This document shows, piece by piece, positions 58,367 to 64,000 of a DNA stretch of 64,000 nucleotides. The notes beneath the pieces are model-generated. The model was not told the DNA's origin, ran no database searches, and saw only the letters and a list, made by a program, of their open reading frames with translations. The DNA is taken from the NCBI GenBank assembly GCA_002189035.1, contig CM007989.1:3038001-3102000 (forward strand), read 5' to 3'. The translations under genes were made by a program, and so were the position numbers. Position 1 is the first letter of the stretch; every line of letters starts with the position of its first letter. Source of the DNA: Utricularia gibba (taxonomy: Eukaryota; Plantae; Magnoliophyta).

Positions 58367-61300
58367 TCAACCTACAACAAAGGAGAAGACACTGAATCCA
58401 TGGGTAAAGATGATGGATGGATGAATTTTGGTTGAGTACCTTCTTCGGAGAAGTCAAACATCCCACCAATCCATCCTTCATCCTCATGCTTTCCATCTGC
58501 GTCGACCTCATTGCTCGCAGCTTCCATTGAGTTGCAGTACCCCTCTTCGCATAGCCTTCCAAAATCCAACTTCCCATCTGAGGCTGGGGTCATTAGTGGA
58601 ACGCCATTTCCCAGCGTGGATGATGACTTGCAGATGATGGCTGCATTATCTTCAAAGTTTCTACCACGGCCCTTTGGAGAAGCTTTTAAAACATTAGGCT
58701 CCCGAGAACTCATGTGGTTCACATCATCCGTGGGGGATCTGTCACTGGTGAGGTGGTCCAAATCAAGCGAATTTTCACTTCTGATGGATGAACCTGAGGA
58801 AGGCATGAATCAGGATGTACACTAACAAAGTAATTTTCTAGGGCAGAGGGTGGATCTATACCTCCTGAGCTTTCGGTGGAGCTATATGAGGGTGGTTTTG
58901 AATGACACACAACGCTTCTTTCACTGGTGTTCTGTCTAGTTTGGCAACAGTTGCTGGGAACCGTAGAATGCTTTCTTTCAGAAGGTGCAAACCTGCATAA
59001 GCAGTTAGTAAGCCCTTCATTTTCCTGAATCAAATAGGAGGGAAGAACAACATCTAATAAGATTTAAAACCTGGTGGAAACTGCTAATCTAAATCAGGAT
59101 CATGACAACAGCAACACCTAACTTAGGATCTATGCGCAGGGTACTCACCCATCAATCGATCCAGGTTGCATTCTGAGAAAATTCTCAAAAACTGGCAACA
59201 AATCCTTGTGCCTTATCTCGACTTCATGTGAAGGAGCCCTCTCGATTTCCAACTCCCCATCCAAATCATATCCAGTGTCCGGAGGTTCGAGAACATGGAA
59301 GTGCATCTGTAAATGAAGGGATAATTGTTCAATGGAATCTGTGATGGTTGCAGGCATCAGCGATCTATGTTTTGATTTAGAAGAGGGAGATCTTTGACAA
59401 TTTACCATTGTCTGCTGCCATGCAGGCAACCTGCAAGATTTTATTTGAACTTCAGCATTAGACAAATACAAGTGGGACTTCTCTGGGAACTCCATAGAAC
59501 TAGAGTTGGGTGGTCCCCTTTCCGCAGCATTCGCATTAACCTGGATTGCTGGTTTGGAGTCATCACTGTTATCAAAGGCATACCCAGAGAGAGAGTCCGC
59601 TCTCTCCATATCATCAAATCTTCTGCAAACATCCCACCATTGTTGAGGTTCAACTTTCACCCTTAACTCATCGGTTTCAATGCTAACCATGGAAGCTGCC
59701 AAACATTCCGCTGTGCCATCGCTCACAGATCCAATTGGGAGCTTCAACTCATGTTGAACCACAAAACCATCTGGAGTATACACTAAGATGTGCGCCAGAG
59801 GTCTATGGTTTGACTTAGCTTCCACTATGGAAGAGTTAGAATTGTGGAAAACTGCAGCCACAGCCCCTGACGGCGTCCATATCTTACCTGCCACTGAGGC
59901 AGCAGCGTTGCTTACTGAATTCAGCAAGCCTGAATTGCTGCACTGCAACCTTGTAACAACAGAGAGAGTGCAAGTAGGGGGAGGCAAAGAATGCTGTTCG
60001 CTTACAGAAAATGACGATGTTGACCACCATGGAGGATTAGAAACTAAATATTGCGAATTTCCTTGAACACGAGCATGTAGAGTCTGAAGTGCATCATTAC
60101 TCCCAAAGGGAGACAACAGAAAGATATGACAGGTGCCTCTCGTGGTTACAATAGCAATCCACTGACTGTATTGACTAAAACAAATATCCTGGATGACCTG
60201 ATCAGTCGCACAAAAAAACAAGAGGGAAAAACATAAGCACTTTAAAATATATCGCTGGAAAAATCAGTGAAGACTAAGCATGATGTGCTTACTGCACTAG
60301 TTACTCCGCGATGAAGTTTGTAAAGGTGAACATAAGAACTGTCCCAGTCCCACAACCAGGTCCAGCGCATTTGTTACAAGGCATAATTCTGAATACATTT
60401 ATGTTTTTCCCATGTGTGGAGGCTGTAACAAGAAGAGCCCCACTTGGATCAAAACAAAGAGCAGATATTGGACTTTCATGAGCTTTAAACTGTGATATAA
60501 TCTCCGAGGAAACAAGGTCCTTCACAACAACCTGCACTTGATGGAAAGAGCAAGATAATACCTTATAGAAATGTGCTCAAACACTTGTGCACATTACTAG
60601 TGAGTGTTTATTGCCTGACTGAAAATTACAAGATGGGAAAAAATCATTCAACAAAAGTACAAAAAAGAAAAGTAAACAGCACATCTCACTTACCACTCCA
60701 GCATTCTCAGGTTCAAATGCCATACATCCAAGCCTATCTGGAAGCAACTCCGGGTAGTGCTTGGACAGTTTTTTGTATCCCATGTCACCTAGGGTGAGTA
60801 ATCCAACGGCTAAATGCTTGGTGGACTCCAATGCATAGCGGGCCATCATGGTTCCACTCCCTGGAGATGTTGACGGACTAGTAGCCGGTGAAAGGCTCCT
60901 TGGACTGGCTCTACCTGCATTTGCTTGGAATGGACGACTTGGAGGATAAGCTAACCACCTTGTTCCCACAGCCATTGGGCCATACCCAGTGTTGATACCA
61001 ATTGCAGCAGGTTCTCCAAGGCGAGGCACAGGATAGGTCACAACTACAGCTTTCTTCTCCAGAGTCAGGGTGTCCAAGCAATAAATCTGTTCAATAAAAA
61101 ATATGGCACCAGTTTTATATCATGAAGCCTCATGACACCAGCATGCTATTCTAATTCAAGTCATGCTTCATTGTAAATGATGCCTATGTGGGTATCGATG
61201 TATGTAATTTATGAAAGTTTCTGAGACCGGAAAACCAGAAGTCACAAGGAGAAAAGAATCTTAAGTAAAAAATATTTCGAAGCGCAAAAAAGTACATGCA

Positions 61301-62807
61301 GACAAATGATCAAAAGGCAAACGGCCCATGCTTTTGAGTTGAAGGGCATGTTCATTAGCGCTTGCCCCCTCTGTTCTTTCATTTTCTCACCTCTACACAT
61401 TTACATGTGCACATTAAACAGCCCTGATACTGAACTCAAGCTGCAAAAACTTACTTGCTCTTCAAGTCCAACAGCTACTGTTCTTGAACTGCACCTGATC
61501 ATCAGCACTGCTGATTTGAAGCTGATAACCTTAACATACTCATCTGATTTCATTGAATAAAATCGAAGAGTTGTAGGAGAGAGAAAACTTCTTCCGTGAG
61601 GTGGCTCAGATGAAACATGTTGTGTATGGCCAGAGCCAGGATGGTGAAATGAAGTGATCTTTTCTTCCTCATGGATCCCAGCAATAGCAACCACGGGATG
61701 TGCTGATTTATGACTTCCAGCATTAGTGCCAATCCCAGGAAATGGAAGCATCTGTAAGAATGTAGCTGGTCCATCACGCAAGGAAACCAACTCACTCAAA
61801 GTAGATGCATCGTGAACATCAAAGATTTGAAAACCATTTAGATAACCAAGCAGCAGCACATATTGGAAAGCAGTCGAACTAAGCTCCATTTTGTCAAATC
61901 CAGCCCACAAGACCTGATTAGCACAATAGTAGTGGAAAATGAGCATCACATTGCTAAGATTATATGATAGCAATGGTCAATACTAGCACTGTTTGAACAT
62001 GATCTAGATCATAGAACAATGTCTATAAGGAGATGCCAATACTAGCATCGGCCATGTACACCAAACAGAAAACTAACAATAATCTAGTAGTATTGGGACT
62101 AAGAAATCAGCAATGCTAACTTAAAGATTAAGAACAAGCCAGTGGTATCCTACTTTTCATTCAAATGGAAAAAAAGATGATGGGAATATACTGACAAAAC
62201 ATGATTCAATTTAGCATTATTAGTTTTCAGCATTGCAAATTTCTTTCCCTTTACTATAGTTGTACTCGGTCTGGTATGCCACACCCCCGCCCCACTTATC
62301 CCCACTTATCCCCTCGCTGACATTCCATTTTGGGCACCTTCAGTCATCAACTTTTAAAGTTCCCAAGCGGGTACAAGCACTGACAAAAGAATTAGATAAT
62401 TTCTTCAAAACTGACGATTTTAGCTTCGCTTCCAAATCCTAATTCCAGAAAAATAAAAATTTTAAACGTCGATATCAGTATATGTTTAGTAGATAATTGC
62501 ATTAAACATCCAACACGGCTCGGAGACTGTGTTCCATCGCCAAATGACCAACTAAAAGGCATGAAAGAGCTCCAAGAAGCAAGTGTGATTCAACCCGTCC
62601 ATGGCGAGAATTGAAAGAAATAGCATAACAGTCAGAGAAGCATGGAACCTGTTCTTTCCGTTCATCTCCACTTGAAATCGACGCAGAGACGGTTGCGCTA
62701 GCCGATCGGACAGCCGTGCTCGCATTTGAAGAGATCGTCTTGATGCAAGAAGAAACAATCCTCAAAGAACTCGGCAACTTGCCATTTCTCCCCATGGCTT
62801 TCTTCAT
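58367..62807 (-). CDS. ATG18g: Autophagy-related protein 18g-type (WD40 PROPPIN plus BCAS3-like C-terminus); apparent 1-bp deletion at 60349-60351
   Basis: LPSSLRIVSSCIKT, VLLLGYLNGFQIFDV, PMAVGTRWLAYP, QFKAHESPISALCFDPSGALLVTAS, HLYKLHRGVTSAVIQDICFS and GGMFDFSEEG*. Confidence 0.93.
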
Positions 62808-63576
62808 CGCCTATCAATTCTTCTCCCCCTTTCCCCGTGATTACCTCCTCCGTCGGCCTTTCGCCACCGCCACCGACACAAAAAACACTTCCTCCTCCAC
62901 TCCACCGCCTCCACCCACCGACACGTGAACGGCTACTCCTCTGATCATCGAATTCAAAGATCGTTCAACAAACAAAAAACTGTAACAATCGCGCGAATTT
63001 ATCAAATCAATTCGAAGATATCTTCAAGAATTTCGACTTTGACTTGAAGCGAAATCCATATCCGCATTAACTTGGAGCCACAGTTGGTGCATATCCATCC
63101 ATATATAGAAGAAGCTCTGTATTGAAGTTGCTTGCGCTTCACAATTCTATCCTCAGTTAAAAATAATAATAATAAATAAAATAAAATAAATAAAGAGCCC
63201 AATACCTTGAATAGTTTATTACTCGGTCTTGGGTTGAGCCCAAACTGGACCCGGCCCATTATAATATTTTATTTACGTAAAAAAATGATAAAAAATTCAA
63301 GAAACAAACTTCATCATCATAATCTCAACTAATCGCAGTACTTTACTTGAAATCCACGGCATGGGGATAATTAAGCGTTGTGGCGTGACCTCTGTATGGT
63401 ATTCAAGTTATCATGTCTTGAAGCACAATCTGTCCTTCATGATAACCGTCATTTTTCTCACCCCCTGAACCCAAATCTCTGCTTTCTTCAATCCCACATT
63501 CTTCTACTGTAAAAAGATACTGTCTTGAATTGTCTTCTTGTTCTAAAGTTCAGGCTTTTCTGTGAGTACTTGCTGA

Positions 63577-64000
63577 ATGTCGTCTTCCCCTGTAACAGTT
63601 CTTGAGGACCTGCTGAATGGGTCTCCATCGGATTCTCCCGATCACACGACGTCGTGTTCGATAGGATCTAGTGATGCAGAGCCGGTGGCAGGACTGTGTC
63701 ACTACAAGCAACGGCTTGCTGCATTGCCAAGAGGGATAGCAAGTGTTGTGATGAGGTGCAGGTTCAAGCACCAAGCATCTGACTGTTCGGTGCCCCATTT
63801 AAAGCATTTCAAGCTCAAAGAACTTCGAACCGCAACGAGAGACTTTTCTACCGGTTCCCACTCTGCATAATCTTGTATCCTTTTCACCGGTAGAATGTAA
63901 AGTCTGAAGCTTTGGTCAACAGATTGCTTGATCGGAAGGGGCTCGCACGCGGAGGTGTATCAAGGACGTTTCCGGGACGGGACGGTGGCTGCGATCAAAC
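63577..64000 (+). CDS. 5' part of a divergent protein kinase resembling the LRR-II (SERK/NIK) cytoplasmic region; truncated by the window end
   Basis: HLKHFKLKELRTATRDFST, then intron 63854-63922, then DCLIGRGSHAEVYQGRFRDGTVAAIK (kinase subdomains I-II). Confidence 0.7.

Overview
Eukaryotic nuclear DNA from a flowering plant with a very compact genome. About 24 protein-coding genes lie in 64 kb, most introns are roughly 60-150 nt, and several intergenic gaps are only 130-350 bp. A miniature-genome eudicot such as Utricularia or Genlisea is an inference from this compactness only. Gene order: 3' end of an unknown protein with a hydrophobic C-terminal tail (+), sucrose synthase (+), DUF538 (+), PHR2 (+), RPL22 (-), USP (-), GTS1/WDR89 (-), p23 (-), PMS1 (-), AlkB-family dioxygenase (+), TSPO (-), UBL-LRR (+), ALG3 (+), small peptide (-), CW-type zinc finger (-), PEX6 (-), plastid RF1/APG3 (-), a MITE-like element and degenerate ORF relic, small acidic protein (+), NDX (-), SOSS-B (+), two tandem FBN4 fibrillins (+), ATG18g (-) and the 5' part of a divergent, apparently ectodomain-less LRR-II-type kinase (+). 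The clearest cross-window signal is about seven single-base frameshifts in six genes, all in short G/C homopolymers and all repaired by adding one base. This most likely reflects consensus sequencing error, not pseudogenisation. The best biological leads are a diverged FBN4 duplicate missing a conserved loop, the truncated kinase, the unusually long RPL22 intron with a tandem repeat and hairpin, a head-to-head pair of ssDNA-binding genes (NDX/SOSS-B), and a few unexplained structured non-coding islands. I found no CRISPR arrays, tRNA or rRNA genes, and I cannot demonstrate a new multi-gene system. All family assignments come from motif recognition, not database searches.
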